DNA of 29,090 nt from Nitrosopumilus sp. (GCA_965218695.1 CBDCLR010000003.1:1-29090), one strand, 5' to 3'. Shown: positions 8,364-18,281, counted from the first letter of the stretch. Notes: generated by a model not told the origin, from the sequence alone. Translations and numbers: made by a program.

Positions 8364-10332
8364 TTTTTCCTCCAAAGTATCCTGTGGATACCGTTGTCGC
8401 CGACTTGCGCTCGTTACACGTGATGCGGTAAGAGCGGGTCACATGCTTTGAGAGCTTTGCGTGCTCTTTCGGCCCTATCTCCCTGTCCGTTGATAGCAGG
8501 ATCAGCTGGTGTGATGCAAACGGGTAGAACTTGTCGACTAGGTTCGAGAAATGCTTGCCGTCAAGCCTGCCGACCGGAGTGTCAATCACGAACGGTAGCA
8601 GGCGCCTGCTTGTCTTGGCAATTGCCCACAGCAGCGCGGTCCCGACCATCTGTCTTTCCCCCATCGACTTCAACGTGCCAGGCGCATCGTCGTTGCCGTT
8701 CTCGTATATCTTCAGATCAAATGTCTCCCTGTCGATCTCCACCCTGTGGATGTGCTTCTTGTGCAACAGGGAGCAGAGTGCGTCAAGGAGGTTTGATTCC
8801 AGCTCACTCATCTTGCGTTCCTTGAGGTTTTTGGAGTAGGTGCCAAGCACATCCCGCATCTTGGCTGCAAGCCTTATGCTTTTGTCGGATCTCTGGTCCT
8901 TGTGTATCGAGTCAATCATCCTCCTGAGCTTGTTCTGCAGTATCTTCTGATATGCTGTCTTCGATGATATCTGCTGGCTCATATGCTCCATCTCGGATCT
9001 CACCATTCCTATCTCTTGGTGTATGGAGTTGATCTCCGATATCCTCGATCCTATCTCGTCGTCCCTTGGTATCTTTGCAAGGTCCGACATTGTCCTCTCA
9101 AGCAGTTTGATGTCGCCTGAATACCTCCGAATCAGTGCGCGGAGCGGGCCGCATCCCTCGTCGACTTTGGATATCCCTTGCAGCAGGCGTACAGCATCGT
9201 TTGGCGCGATGTCAAAAAAGACTGTCCCCTCCGGTTCCTCGGACAGATCGTCAAGCCTCGCCAGTATCTTTTCCATTCTTACATGCGTGGTATCCCTTCC
9301 CCAAAACCTGCCTGATGTCATGTCTCCTTTCAGCTTTTCCACCTTCTGCCTCACCTCCAGCGCAGCCATCCTCTTGCTGTTGATTGACATGTCGGATTCT
9401 ATCCTCTCCTTCGTTTTTGCAAGGAGTTCGGGTATCAGGTGGAACGGCGTGTCACCATCGAGCCCCTCATGGATTGTCCTTCTCTGATCACGGATTCGTT
9501 CCTCCAGCATGCTCTTTCTTGCCAGCAGTTCCCCGCGGATGTCCGCATACCCTCCACCGACGTTTGCTATCTTCCCCTCAAGGACTGCGACCTTGGCTTC
9601 CAGTTCGATCTTCTCGGTTTTCTTTTTTTCATACTCTGCTGCCAGGCCAGAGATCTCCGACGCGAGCAGGTTCTTCTCTTCTTCCAGCATGCCGTACTGT
9701 TTCTCGATTACCCCGTCCCTCTTCCCCGACTTTCGTACAAGGAACAGCTTTAGGTCCAAGTCCAGCCGGTTGGCAAGCTCGGCGCCGAGAAGCGTGTCGA
9801 TGGACAACCTTATCTCATCGTTTTTTGGGTTGCCCCAGTCCATCATGCTTACTATCTTCTCGCCGTCAAAGAAGAACAGTCTTGCGATTCCCAGCGGTAT
9901 CAGTCCTTCGATGAACGACTGCCACTGCGATTCGTCCACATCGTTTAGCGGGCTGTCATTTTTCATGATTGCAAGGGACTCTGAGACGGATGCGCCCTCC
10001 CTTGACCAGCTCCGGCTTACCGTGTACCTGTCATCGTTGCCGTTGTGGTAGAACCTGAATGCAACCTCGACTGATGCGGAGTCCGCGTGCACGCCGTTGT
10101 GGGTGTGTATCTTTTTTGCAATGTATGTCGAATATTCCTTCCTCGTGGCCTGGCGCCCAAGGTACGTCTTTCCGTATAACGCGACCATGATGGACTCGAA
10201 CAGTGTCGTCTTTCCCGCCCCGTTCAGCCCTCCCACGAGTATTATCGGCTTTTCAAGTGTCGATGTCAAGTCAAATTTGGAGACCCCTGCGTACACACCG
10301 TAATTCTTCACCACCAGCCTTTCAAGAAGCAA
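8347..10332 (-). CDS. dndD: DNA sulfur modification protein DndD (SMC/Rad50-like ATPase)
   Basis: Walker A GLNGAGKTT, FFFDGEKI, long coiled coil, SMGERQ signature, VIDTPVGRLD, YPFASHQLILLSTDREI. Confidence 0.95.
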   Translation of the reverse strand: MLLERLVVKNYGVYAGVSKFDLTSTLEKPIILVGGLNGAGKTTLFESIMVALYGKTYLGRQATRKEYSTYIAKKIHTHNGVHADSASVEVAFRFYHNGNDDRYTVSRSWSREGASVSESLAIMKNDSPLNDVDESQWQSFIEGLIPLGIARLFFFDGEKIVSMMDWGNPKNDEIRLSIDTLLGAELANRLDLDLKLFLVRKSGKRDGVIEKQYGMLEEEKNLLASEISGLAAEYEKKKTEKIELEAKVAVLEGKIANVGGGYADIRGELLARKSMLEERIRDQRRTIHEGLDGDTPFHLIPELLAKTKERIESDMSINSKRMAALEVRQKVEKLKGDMTSGRFWGRDTTHVRMEKILARLDDLSEEPEGTVFFDIAPNDAVRLLQGISKVDEGCGPLRALIRRYSGDIKLLERTMSDLAKIPRDDEIGSRISEINSIHQEIGMVRSEMEHMSQQISSKTAYQKILQNKLRRMIDSIHKDQRSDKSIRLAAKMRDVLGTYSKNLKERKMSELESNLLDALCSLLHKKHIHRVEIDRETFDLKIYENGNDDAPGTLKSMGERQMVGTALLWAIAKTSRRLLPFVIDTPVGRLDGKHFSNLVDKFYPFASHQLILLSTDREIGPKEHAKLSKHVTRSYRITCNERKSATTVSTGYFGGKIVSAG

Positions 10333-11745
10333 TTATTTGTAAATCTCCCCTATCTCTCGTTTCCTTTCCGCTGCCTCGTCCAGCGCCTCGTCAAGGTTCT
10401 CCCCCCATTCCTCCAGAAGGATCTTTTCGATTGCCGTGTGCACCTTGTGCCTGTTTGTTATTGCCTGCATGTCAAACTCCGTCTGGAGTGATCGTGCGAG
10501 AAGATCGTACGGGAAGCCGTGCTTTTTGCAGGAGGCCTCCAGCTCCGACTGCTCTACTGTCCCGAACGCCCCCAGATCCTCTGTCGGGGCAATTATGTCC
10601 CCCGTCATTCTCCGGTATATCGCATATGCGGAATTCTTCCAGTCCCCGCGTTCCGCACGCCATATCTTCTGAATCTCGTGTATCTCGTCGTCATGAATCA
10701 GTGTTATGGAACCGTCCGGCCCGTTCTCCCTTACCTTGTTCTGCGCGTCCAGCAAGCGCTCCAGTATCCTCTTGCAGAACTCGAACTTGTACGGACCGTA
10801 CGCTATCTTGTCCTGCCAGAACATCACGTGGCCGTTGCGGTGCTTTAGATCACGGAATTTGCTCTTCTTTTTCGGGTCCTGCGTGTCCTTTAGCATCTGT
10901 CTGAGCTCAAGCAACGGTTCCATCCATTCCTCCCCGCTGTCAATCATGCTCTCCATGGACTTGTCGTGCTCGACAACGGTGCATACCCAGCATCCGAACC
11001 TGCTGTTCCCGCATGAGGCTGTGCTGGTGTCAATCACAAGGGGGCATTCGGCTGCATTTGCATCCCGGTACATCGCAAGAAGATCACGGTTGTTTGCGCC
11101 CCATGGTGTCTTTGTATTCTGTAAGAGATAGTTCCACACGTCCTCCGTGGTAAAGTCGCGCAACGGTGCGTATATGAATGCCTGTGGGAGCGTGTCATGG
11201 TGTGAGAGATAGCTCCCCTTGATGGAGTGGCTGTTCATCACCTGTGCGCGGGTACTGCTCTCGGCCTTTCTGCTTCCCAGCACCATGACGACCTCCCCGT
11301 GCTCGGATACCCTGTCGGTGATGAATGCGTTGGCACTCTTTATCTTCAGCCTGTTAGTACACCACCGGAACGTGTTCGACGGCGCAGGATATCCCTTTCC
11401 CACCATGCATACCCAGAATGTGTCATCAAGTATTGGCCGGACAAGGTTCGTCTCGACTGGGAGGGATGAACCCCTTGCCGCCTTTTCCATCCTTTCAAGC
11501 GAGTCGGTCACCGTCTCGACTATCTTTGGGGATTCGACTAGGGTATCGGATGATATGATGTAGATTTTTTTGGCAAGCTTTGACTTTGGAAGTTTTTCCA
11601 ACGCCCCCCACACCATCTGAATCATGCATGTGGAGTCCTTGCCACCGCTGAATCCTAGAATCCACGGCCTCCCGTCCCCTAGATAGACGTCTTGGATTTC
11701 TCGGTGTATGTCCGGGATGGTCTTTGACTTGAATATCGACTTCAG
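10333..11745 (-). CDS. dndC: DNA phosphorothioation sulfurtransferase DndC (PAPS-reductase fold)
   Basis: PWILGFSGGKDS, DTLVESP, RWCTNRLKI, ECPLVID and CGNSRFGCWVC. The start is uncertain: CTG 11745 overlaps the dndB TGA after a GGAGG, whereas the ORF track uses ATG 11847. Confidence 0.95.
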   Translation of the reverse strand: MKSIFKSKTIPDIHREIQDVYLGDGRPWILGFSGGKDSTCMIQMVWGALEKLPKSKLAKKIYIISSDTLVESPKIVETVTDSLERMEKAARGSSLPVETNLVRPILDDTFWVCMVGKGYPAPSNTFRWCTNRLKIKSANAFITDRVSEHGEVVMVLGSRKAESSTRAQVMNSHSIKGSYLSHHDTLPQAFIYAPLRDFTTEDVWNYLLQNTKTPWGANNRDLLAMYRDANAAECPLVIDTSTASCGNSRFGCWVCTVVEHDKSMESMIDSGEEWMEPLLELRQMLKDTQDPKKKSKFRDLKHRNGHVMFWQDKIAYGPYKFEFCKRILERLLDAQNKVRENGPDGSITLIHDDEIHEIQKIWRAERGDWKNSAYAIYRRMTGDIIAPTEDLGAFGTVEQSELEASCKKHGFPYDLLARSLQTEFDMQAITNRHKVHTAIEKILLEEWGENLDEALDEAAERKREIGEIYK

Positions 11746-12773
11746 CCGTCTTCCCTCCCGCAGTGTATTACAAGGATTTTTGCCGCGTCGTTCATCCCGG
11801 CCTTCGTCTTCGTCATCTTTCCGTTGATGACTATCCTGCCGTTCCATTCCGGATTCGTCCTGCGCCAGTCCACCCCTTGCAGGCCAGCAAGCCTGCTCTC
11901 CCAGCTGTCCGGAAATCTTCTTATCAGCGTGTTTCCCGCCGTCGCAATCGCCTCGAGCATGTTCGTGTTGGCGTGGACAAAGTCACTTCTCATCTCTGCC
12001 GGTGTTATCTTCCTCTCCATCAGCAATAACCATTCCGGTATGTTCTTGGCAACGGTGTTCCAGAATCTAACGGCGAGTTTCTTCTCTACGTCGTTGAGAT
12101 ACTTGTCCTTGTTGAGTAGGTTCCTTGTCGCAAGTGCCAGTCCATTCAGTGTGAAAAACTTCACTTGTCTGTTGGATATGCTTGTCTTCTCCATCTCGAT
12201 TCTCCCTTTGAATACCTTCACGGTTCGTGCCATCTCGACTACAAACGTTGCAAAGTCACTCCGCCTGTCGTATAATATCCCCAGCGACTTTGTGGGTTTG
12301 ACAGCATGCTTGTTCAGATCCGCGAATATCTGCTGACTTTTCTTTAGATTCAGATCTTCAAAGAATACCACCGATATCTTATCCCGCCCAAGACGCGGTT
12401 CCTCCTCTATCGCCTCTCGTATCGCTGCGGCTCGGTGCTGCCCATCATTGATCAGGATTGCTGCGTCCTGAGACATTGATATGATCCCGTTATCTGGCCA
12501 GTCCTTAGATACGGGTCGGAACGAGATTTTTCCGTTGACAGAGACGGTTATGGAAGAGAAGGTGTAATCCTTGGGATATTTCAGAATGTAGTCGCGGATT
12601 CTTGGAATTCTTGACTTGCGAAGGATTCTCTGGGCCCGCTGTTCTGCGGGAACATCCGCATCATTGAATGTAAATAGTTTGGCTACTGACTTTAACGTAC
12701 ACATGGCGACGTAAAAGTCCCGGCCTGCCTGGTCGCCCCGGACTGCCTCAAAGGTGTGGTTGTTTACCGTCAT
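11742..12773 (-). CDS. dndB: DNA sulfur modification protein DndB (DGQHR domain regulator)
   Basis: RAQRIL, YTFSSIT, INDGQHR and QQIFADLNKHA; first gene of the dnd operon. Confidence 0.93.
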   Translation of the reverse strand: MTVNNHTFEAVRGDQAGRDFYVAMCTLKSVAKLFTFNDADVPAEQRAQRILRKSRIPRIRDYILKYPKDYTFSSITVSVNGKISFRPVSKDWPDNGIISMSQDAAILINDGQHRAAAIREAIEEEPRLGRDKISVVFFEDLNLKKSQQIFADLNKHAVKPTKSLGILYDRRSDFATFVVEMARTVKVFKGRIEMEKTSISNRQVKFFTLNGLALATRNLLNKDKYLNDVEKKLAVRFWNTVAKNIPEWLLLMERKITPAEMRSDFVHANTNMLEAIATAGNTLIRRFPDSWESRLAGLQGVDWRRTNPEWNGRIVINGKMTKTKAGMNDAAKILVIHCGREDG

Positions 12774-12953
12774 ATCCTCTCATTTGGTGTGTAATTTGGA
12801 AGTATATTTTTGGCAAAAAACTGTGTGTGTCAATGATTGTTGGGTTATTTGTTTATCTTATTAAACTTTGAATCAGGATGCAGTGTACATCCTCAGATCC
12901 AAGCACTTGTCCCCCTCCGGCTGGCCGTGCCAGCCAGGTGTCATCCTGCAGCG

Positions 12954-13606
12954 TCAGGCAGATACTGGCGGCGGCTTGCCGCGAAACGGCGCATGATCGG
13001 GATCGGTTATGGTGCGAGACAGGGGTGGGACGCAGTTCATTACGGCGCGGCTGTCTGGCCGCAGGCCTGCCGCCAGCGGGGGCACGAGCCCGTGCGGGCC
13101 TGTTTCTGTGCCGGCTCTGCCTCCGGCCGGCGTGTGGGACGTGGCGGGCGGCTGATCTGGCGGTGCGGCGGGCGCCCCGACCGGGGTCTGTTCCATCCTG
13201 ACTGTGCCCTCACCTGCCGCCGGGCGCTCGGCGAGGACCTGATCCACGTAGAGCGCGTCTGGCTCGGGCGCGTCTGCCGGAGGCGCCGGCGCGTGTGCCA
13301 ACTCAGATCCGGCCTTGAATATGCTGTAGTCCGTGCTCTCCGCAATCTTTTCCATGCACATCCAAGGGACCTTGCCTCCAGCTCCTCCACCCGCGTCTTG
13401 TACCTCTCCACCGGGGCGGACTGGTCGGGGTCAGGCCAGCTGAAGCCCGGCGCCATCTCGCCTCTGGGCCGCTGCACCTCGGCGGCATGCTCCATCCTCA
13501 TGGTGGTCACGGCATCCAGCAGCATGCGGTTTGATTCGACCAGGGTGCCGTTGGCACGGTGCAGGCGGCATATCTCCTCCCGATACGCGGCAAGCTGTGC
13601 TCTCAT
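12954..13606 (-). pseudogene. degraded GC-rich coding remnant (coiled coil plus Pro/Ala-rich linker), possibly mobile-element derived
   Basis: Visibly far more GC-rich than its neighbours. Two overlapping minus-strand frames (13040..13606 and 12954..13361) read as one frameshifted gene, with no catalytic motif. Confidence 0.3.
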
Positions 13607-13828
13607 GACGAACCGCCCCCGCGGCCCGGCGCCTAGCCTTCAGACGGACTTTCCCTTGGCGCTATGACGGCAGCCATGTAGGTGCGGGCGATCTGCCGTT
13701 ATAGATCCGTTTCGGTCATCCTGCGCCTGTGGGGCTTGGTCAGGGTAGGGTCATTCCAGATGGACCTGAGGATGTACGTATCATCCCCTAGGCACATATT
13801 TTAATCTCCCCACCCCCAACACTGAATC

Positions 13829-14533
13829 ATGGCAACCAAGCCGGTGGAGAAGCAAGTGGTGGCGCGTGCCGGTGGCATGTGCGAACTGTGCGAATTGCGC
13901 GTCGTAGAGGACAACAATCTGATAGGAGAGATAGCCCACATTCGGGGGAGAAAACCAGACTCGGCCAGGTACGACAAGAACATGCCAGAAAGTGAGAGAG
14001 AATCGCCGGAAAATTTGATCCTGCTGTGCCCCACCTGCCACACCAGGATCGACAGGCTACATGAAAAGTATACGGCCGAGCATCTGCTGGACAGGCGGTC
14101 TCGCCACCGCAACAAATTGGAGCTTGCTGTCAGCAGGGCGATGCCAGATATCGAGTTCCCGGAGCTGGACGAGGCGGTTCAGCATATTGCGACGATCGAC
14201 ATCCCTTTGGAGTACTCGTACACTTTGGTGCCCCCTAGGGAGAAGATCCGAAAGAACCGCCTGTCACTCAAGTGGGTGACGATGGGGCTGTCCCAAGCCA
14301 GTACTGTGAGTAGATATATCGACAAGCATTTGGATGCCGAGTCCAGCAGGTGCCTCAGGGCCGGTTTTGTGAAACGGTACGAGAAGTTACGTGATGAAGG
14401 GTTGGACGGTGACGATCTCTTTGCGGCGTTGTGGCAACTCGCGTCTGGACGCAAGACAGATCCTAAGATGCAGGCGGCAGGCCTAGCGCTGCTGGTATAC
14501 CTGTTTGAAGAGTGCGAGGTATTCGAGAAATGA
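13829..14533 (+). CDS. lmuA: Lamassu/ABC-3C effector: HNH endonuclease plus C-terminal adaptor domain (LmuA-like)
   Basis: CELC...GEIAHIRG...ENLILLCPTCHTRID (HNH) and a tail KIRKNRLS...LLVYLFEECEVFEK typical of ABC-3C C-terminal domains. TTTTAAT lies about 25 nt upstream. Confidence 0.82.
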   Translation: MATKPVEKQVVARAGGMCELCELRVVEDNNLIGEIAHIRGRKPDSARYDKNMPESERESPENLILLCPTCHTRIDRLHEKYTAEHLLDRRSRHRNKLELAVSRAMPDIEFPELDEAVQHIATIDIPLEYSYTLVPPREKIRKNRLSLKWVTMGLSQASTVSRYIDKHLDAESSRCLRAGFVKRYEKLRDEGLDGDDLFAALWQLASGRKTDPKMQAAGLALLVYLFEECEVFEK

Positions 14534-14760
14534 TACTACCCGACAAACATGTACGGCTGTCCAGCTCGTTTCTGGGTGTGGGAGCAACGTTGTTGGAGTT
14601 ACTTGAGAGTAAGCGGACGATTAGCGGCCTGTGGACTGCGGCAAGGCGAAGAGGAAAGATCCGAACGTTCGAGAGATTCACGCTGGCCTTGGACATGCTA
14701 TATTCCTTAGATCTGGTGGAATTTGGTCAAGATGGGCTACTGGCGAGGTCGGAAAGATGA
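14530..14760 (+). CDS. lmuC: Lamassu/ABC-3C middle component (LmuC-like)
   Basis: MILPDKHV..SFLGVGATLL...TISGLW...FERFTLALDMLY; ATGA overlaps at both ends. Confidence 0.8.
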   Translation: MILPDKHVRLSSSFLGVGATLLELLESKRTISGLWTAARRRGKIRTFERFTLALDMLYSLDLVEFGQDGLLARSER

Positions 14761-16484
14761 TACGCTCGGTTACCGCGAACAAGCCAAAGTTTCGGGACAT
14801 GCAGTTCAAGAATGGCCTGAACGTGGTGCTGGCAAGCCGAACCGACCTATCCGCTGACCTAGGTAGCAGAAATGGCTTGGGCAAGTCAACTCTGCTGGAC
14901 ATAATCCACTTTTGCTTGGGATCCAAGAAGAATAGCACGCTGGGCAAGCCGCAGCTGGACGACTGGATATTCACTATGGAGTTTGACGTAGCCCAAAAGC
15001 CGTATACTGTAAGCCGCAACACGGCCAAGGCCAGCACGGTCCGGGTGTCCGGTGACTTTTCTGGCTGGCCTGTTGTCCCCGACGGAAACGGCGCCATGAG
15101 GGTATCAGAGTGGAACGACACATTGGGGCTACTTCTATTCGGTCTGGAGATCAATCACCACGAAAAGTACGGCCCCACATTCCGAAGCCTCGTGTCTTAC
15201 GCAGCGAGACGAGACGGTCAGACGGGCGGCTATCAAGACCCTTTCGGCCACCATAGCAGACAGATGGGCTGGGACAGGATTGTCAACAGCGCCTACCTGC
15301 TGGGCATGGACTGGGAATCCGTAGTAAGGCTGCAGCTGATTCGGGACAGAAAAAAGAGCTTGGCTCAGATCAAGCGCGAGATAAAGGCTGGTCTTATTGC
15401 CGGATTCGCCGATGACATGGGACGCCTTGAAGCCAAGAAAACCATACTGGAAGATCAGATGAACATCAAGAGAGATGAGCTAAAAAAATTCCGAGTACAC
15501 AAGCGGTACGACGCGCTACAAGTCGAGGCCAACGAGATATCACGAACTCTGCACGAAATGGTAAACGAGAACACTACTGACACAAAGTATCTTAAGCTGT
15601 ACGAGGCGGCTGGTAAGGACGAGGTTGATACCGACCCCGGGAAGATTCGCGCCATATACAGGGACGCTGGCCTTGTCTTCCCAGACAACGTGGTCCGGCA
15701 GGTGGACAAAGTATTGCAGTTTCACCGGCAAGTAGTACGGAACCGCAAAGAGTTTGTAGAGTCCGAGATCATGCGACTGGAGAAGAACATACGCGACAGA
15801 GAGGTACGTATCAAAAAGGCGGATGACGACCGGGCGAGGATACTGCAGATACTGGAGAGCCACGGCGCGCTGGAGGAGTTCGTCCTGCTCCGGGACAGAC
15901 ACGAGGAGAGCGTTGCTATGCTGGAGCAGATCAAGAACCAGTTAGAGAACACCAGAAAGTTCGAAGCCGGAGAGAGCGAGATCAGGATAGAGACCGAGCG
16001 CATATGCCAAGAGATACGCCTCGACTATGCTGATAGACGCGCGCCGCGAGACGTCATCCGTACCTTCAACGAGTATTCCATGCGCTTGTATGAGTCATCG
16101 GGAACCTTGTCTATACGGCCACATGATACAGGCTACAAGATGGACACCACCATAGAGCGCTCCGGCAGTCACGGCGTAGAAAACATGAAGATATTCTGCT
16201 ACGACCTGTCGTTGGCGCGCCTTTGGTCGCGGCGGTCACGTCGTCCCGGCTTTCTAATACACGACAGCACCATATATGACGGGGTGGACGAGCGGCAGGT
16301 GGCGCATGCCCTGCAACTAGCCGAGTCCGAGTCCACATCGCACCAGTTCCAGTACATCTGCATGCTCAACTCCGATGTTGTTCCAGAGAAGGACTTTGAT
16401 CCTGACTTTGATTTTAACGCCCACGTAGTGATGACGTTAACCGATGATTCAGACGAGGGCGGGCTACTGGGTATGCGATTTTAA
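14757..16484 (+). CDS. lmuB: Lamassu SMC/Rad50-like ABC ATPase (DUF2326 type, LmuB-like)
   Basis: RNGLGKST, PTFRSLVSY, coiled coil, GSHGVENMKIFCYDL, LIHDSTIYDGVDERQ and GGLLGMRF. The true start is ATG 14757 (ATGA overlap). Confidence 0.88.
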   Translation: MIRSVTANKPKFRDMQFKNGLNVVLASRTDLSADLGSRNGLGKSTLLDIIHFCLGSKKNSTLGKPQLDDWIFTMEFDVAQKPYTVSRNTAKASTVRVSGDFSGWPVVPDGNGAMRVSEWNDTLGLLLFGLEINHHEKYGPTFRSLVSYAARRDGQTGGYQDPFGHHSRQMGWDRIVNSAYLLGMDWESVVRLQLIRDRKKSLAQIKREIKAGLIAGFADDMGRLEAKKTILEDQMNIKRDELKKFRVHKRYDALQVEANEISRTLHEMVNENTTDTKYLKLYEAAGKDEVDTDPGKIRAIYRDAGLVFPDNVVRQVDKVLQFHRQVVRNRKEFVESEIMRLEKNIRDREVRIKKADDDRARILQILESHGALEEFVLLRDRHEESVAMLEQIKNQLENTRKFEAGESEIRIETERICQEIRLDYADRRAPRDVIRTFNEYSMRLYESSGTLSIRPHDTGYKMDTTIERSGSHGVENMKIFCYDLSLARLWSRRSRRPGFLIHDSTIYDGVDERQVAHALQLAESESTSHQFQYICMLNSDVVPEKDFDPDFDFNAHVVMTLTDDSDEGGLLGMRF

Positions 16485-16598
16485 CGCCGTGCCGGAGGGG
16501 CTAGCAAATCTATACCGCCGAATAAAAGTGCGAGATCACAGCTGTGTGAAACCAGGAATCGGCCATCCGATTCGAACAAGGTTTGTCCTGCAGCGAAA

Positions 16599-17720
16599 GG
16601 TTCATTGATCAGGACAGCCCGGACAGGCCATGAAATACAAGCAGATGCTCAAGATTCGCAAGACTGAGAAGGATCCGCAGGTGCGGGACAGGATATTGCT
16701 GAACGTACTGGTGAAGAGAGACGGGATGAGCGTGACCGGGGCCGCGCGCCTTCTGGGCATGGCCCCGTCATGGGGCGTCAAGTGGCACAACCGGTACCTG
16801 AAGGAGGGCATTACAGGCCTGCAGACCCGCACCCGCTTAGGCCGCCCGCCGAGGATCTCAGGCGAGGCCCTGAAGGCCGTTAAAAAAAAGTAAGAAAGAC
16901 GGTCTACCTGACGGCAGAAGACCTGCGCGATATCATTCGCGACGGTTCCGGCATATGGTACATGACGGAGTATACGATATCGTACGCGCGCTTCCTGCTG
17001 CGCAGCTGGGAATTCACCAGGAAGGTTCCGATGGGACGGCACGTGAAGAGAGCAAGCAGGCAGAAGATCGCGTGGTTCCGCAAGAAGCTGGGGCCGCTGG
17101 TAGAGGAGAGGGTGAGGGCCGGCTACACGGCATGCGTGCAGGACGAGGCGATATGCGTAGCCAACGCGCGGCTCAGGAAGGGCATCTACACGCCCAAGGG
17201 GGTCTGCGGCGTCTACACGTACACGGGATCGCACTCCAAGACCATCGTGTTCGGCCTGATCACGCTGGACGGGGAGGGGTTCTTCCAGAGATACGGCTCC
17301 TTTACCGGAAAGGAGTTTGTCGAGTTCCTGAAGGCCGCATGCGAAAGGTTCGGGAAGATCCTGATGATAACCGACGGCGCGCCGCAGCACAGGTCGAAAT
17401 TCGTCAGGTAGGAGATCGGGCGCCTGGACGGCGTGGAGCTGCAGTTTCTGCCGCCCGGCTGCCCGGATCTGAACGCGATCGAGGAGGTGTGGCGCCAGAT
17501 GAAGCACGTGGTCCTGGACGCACCGTACGTTCGGTTCAGCTCCATGTGCAGCGACATCGACAGATGGCTGAGGTCGTCCCTGCCAAAACTTGACATCAAG
17601 AGGTACCTCTACAGAAAGGCATAGGCTGCGCCTGCAGGCGCACAGGGGATCGTGCGCACGCAGGTCCGGAAACGGTAAACGGCCGCCCCACGGCCCTTCA
17701 CGGATCTGAACGAACCCGTA
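16599..17720 (+). mobile_element. IS630-family element; transposase 16630..17624 with a -1 frameshift site and an in-frame TAG
   Basis: HTH ORF 16630..16893 (GRPPRI), A8 run at 16882-16889, DDE motifs VQDEA / ITDGAPQH / DLNAIEEVW, and in-frame TAG at 17409-17411. The ends are only weakly defined (GGTTC... / ...GAACCCGTA). Confidence 0.85.
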
Positions 17721-18045
17721 TTTTAAGACAAGAATAACAAGCGGCTTGGAAGAAATTCGGCAATCCTGTCTTCGGGCCTGCATCAAATCTGGCGGTTGTT
17801 CACGAAATTATACTCGGTGGTGTAGAATATGGGTATATTCTGGGAAAAAGAAAGCACTGGACGAAAGATTGCTCGACATTCAAGAGAATACCGGGTCTAA
17901 AATGCACGGAGTGATAGAATTGCAGAACGTCATTCAAAAATCAAGACTACCCAACTCTATAGATTCAAATAATCATAACGCTTTAGAATGCATGGATGTG
18001 TACGTATTGACTCTTATTACCGATAACCTACGTCTGGCTTGCGTG

Positions 18046-18129
18046 AGTTCACCACAGTTCACCACAGTTCACCACAGTTCACCACAGTTCACCACAGTTC
18101 ACCACAGTTCACCACAGTTCACCACAGTT
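18046..18129. repeat. perfect 10-bp tandem repeat (ACCACAGTTC)n, about 8.4 units
   Basis: AGTTC + 7 x ACCACAGTTC (18051-18120) + ACCACAGTT; there are no spacers. Confidence 0.97.
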
Positions 18130-18176
18130 ATACTGATGAGATAAAATCTAGGGATTTCCATAATCCAGGTGCCCGA

Positions 18177-18281
18177 TTAGGGAATATTTTTGATGACGTT
18201 CTCTCAAAGATACGAAGGGAATACACAGACAAGCAAGATCTTGGCACAAAATTTGAAAAGATAGCAAAAAATTTTCTTCTC
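18177..18281 (+). pseudogene. N-terminal remnant of a Type ISP-like (Mrr-helicase-MTase) restriction enzyme
   Basis: FDDVLSKIRREYTDKQDLGTKFEKIAKNFL resembles the F.e.L..ir......r.kG..FErl...fl start of these enzymes. The similarity ends just before the methyltransferase. Confidence 0.5.

Noticed and set aside
8347-16484. SMC-like ATPases as chromosome SMC/Rad50 or Wadjet
   Set aside because: Motifs and neighbours identify DndD and a DUF2326-type Lamassu ATPase; there is no Mre11, kleisin or JetD.
17627-17660. Palindromes TGCGCCTGCAGGCGCA and CGTGCGCACG as a terminator
   Set aside because: There is no U-tract and they lie inside the IS630 right end; function is not supportable.
16602-17786. 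394-aa minus-strand ORF
   Set aside because: Antisense shadow of a GC-rich IS630 transposase.
18046-18129. CRISPR array
   Set aside because: The 10-bp units are directly adjacent with no unique spacers, and there are no cas genes. It is a simple tandem repeat.
17746-18144. 132-aa ORF with VHHSSPQFTT repeats
   Set aside because: The repetitive tail is just the translated tandem repeat, and the rest has no recognisable motif.
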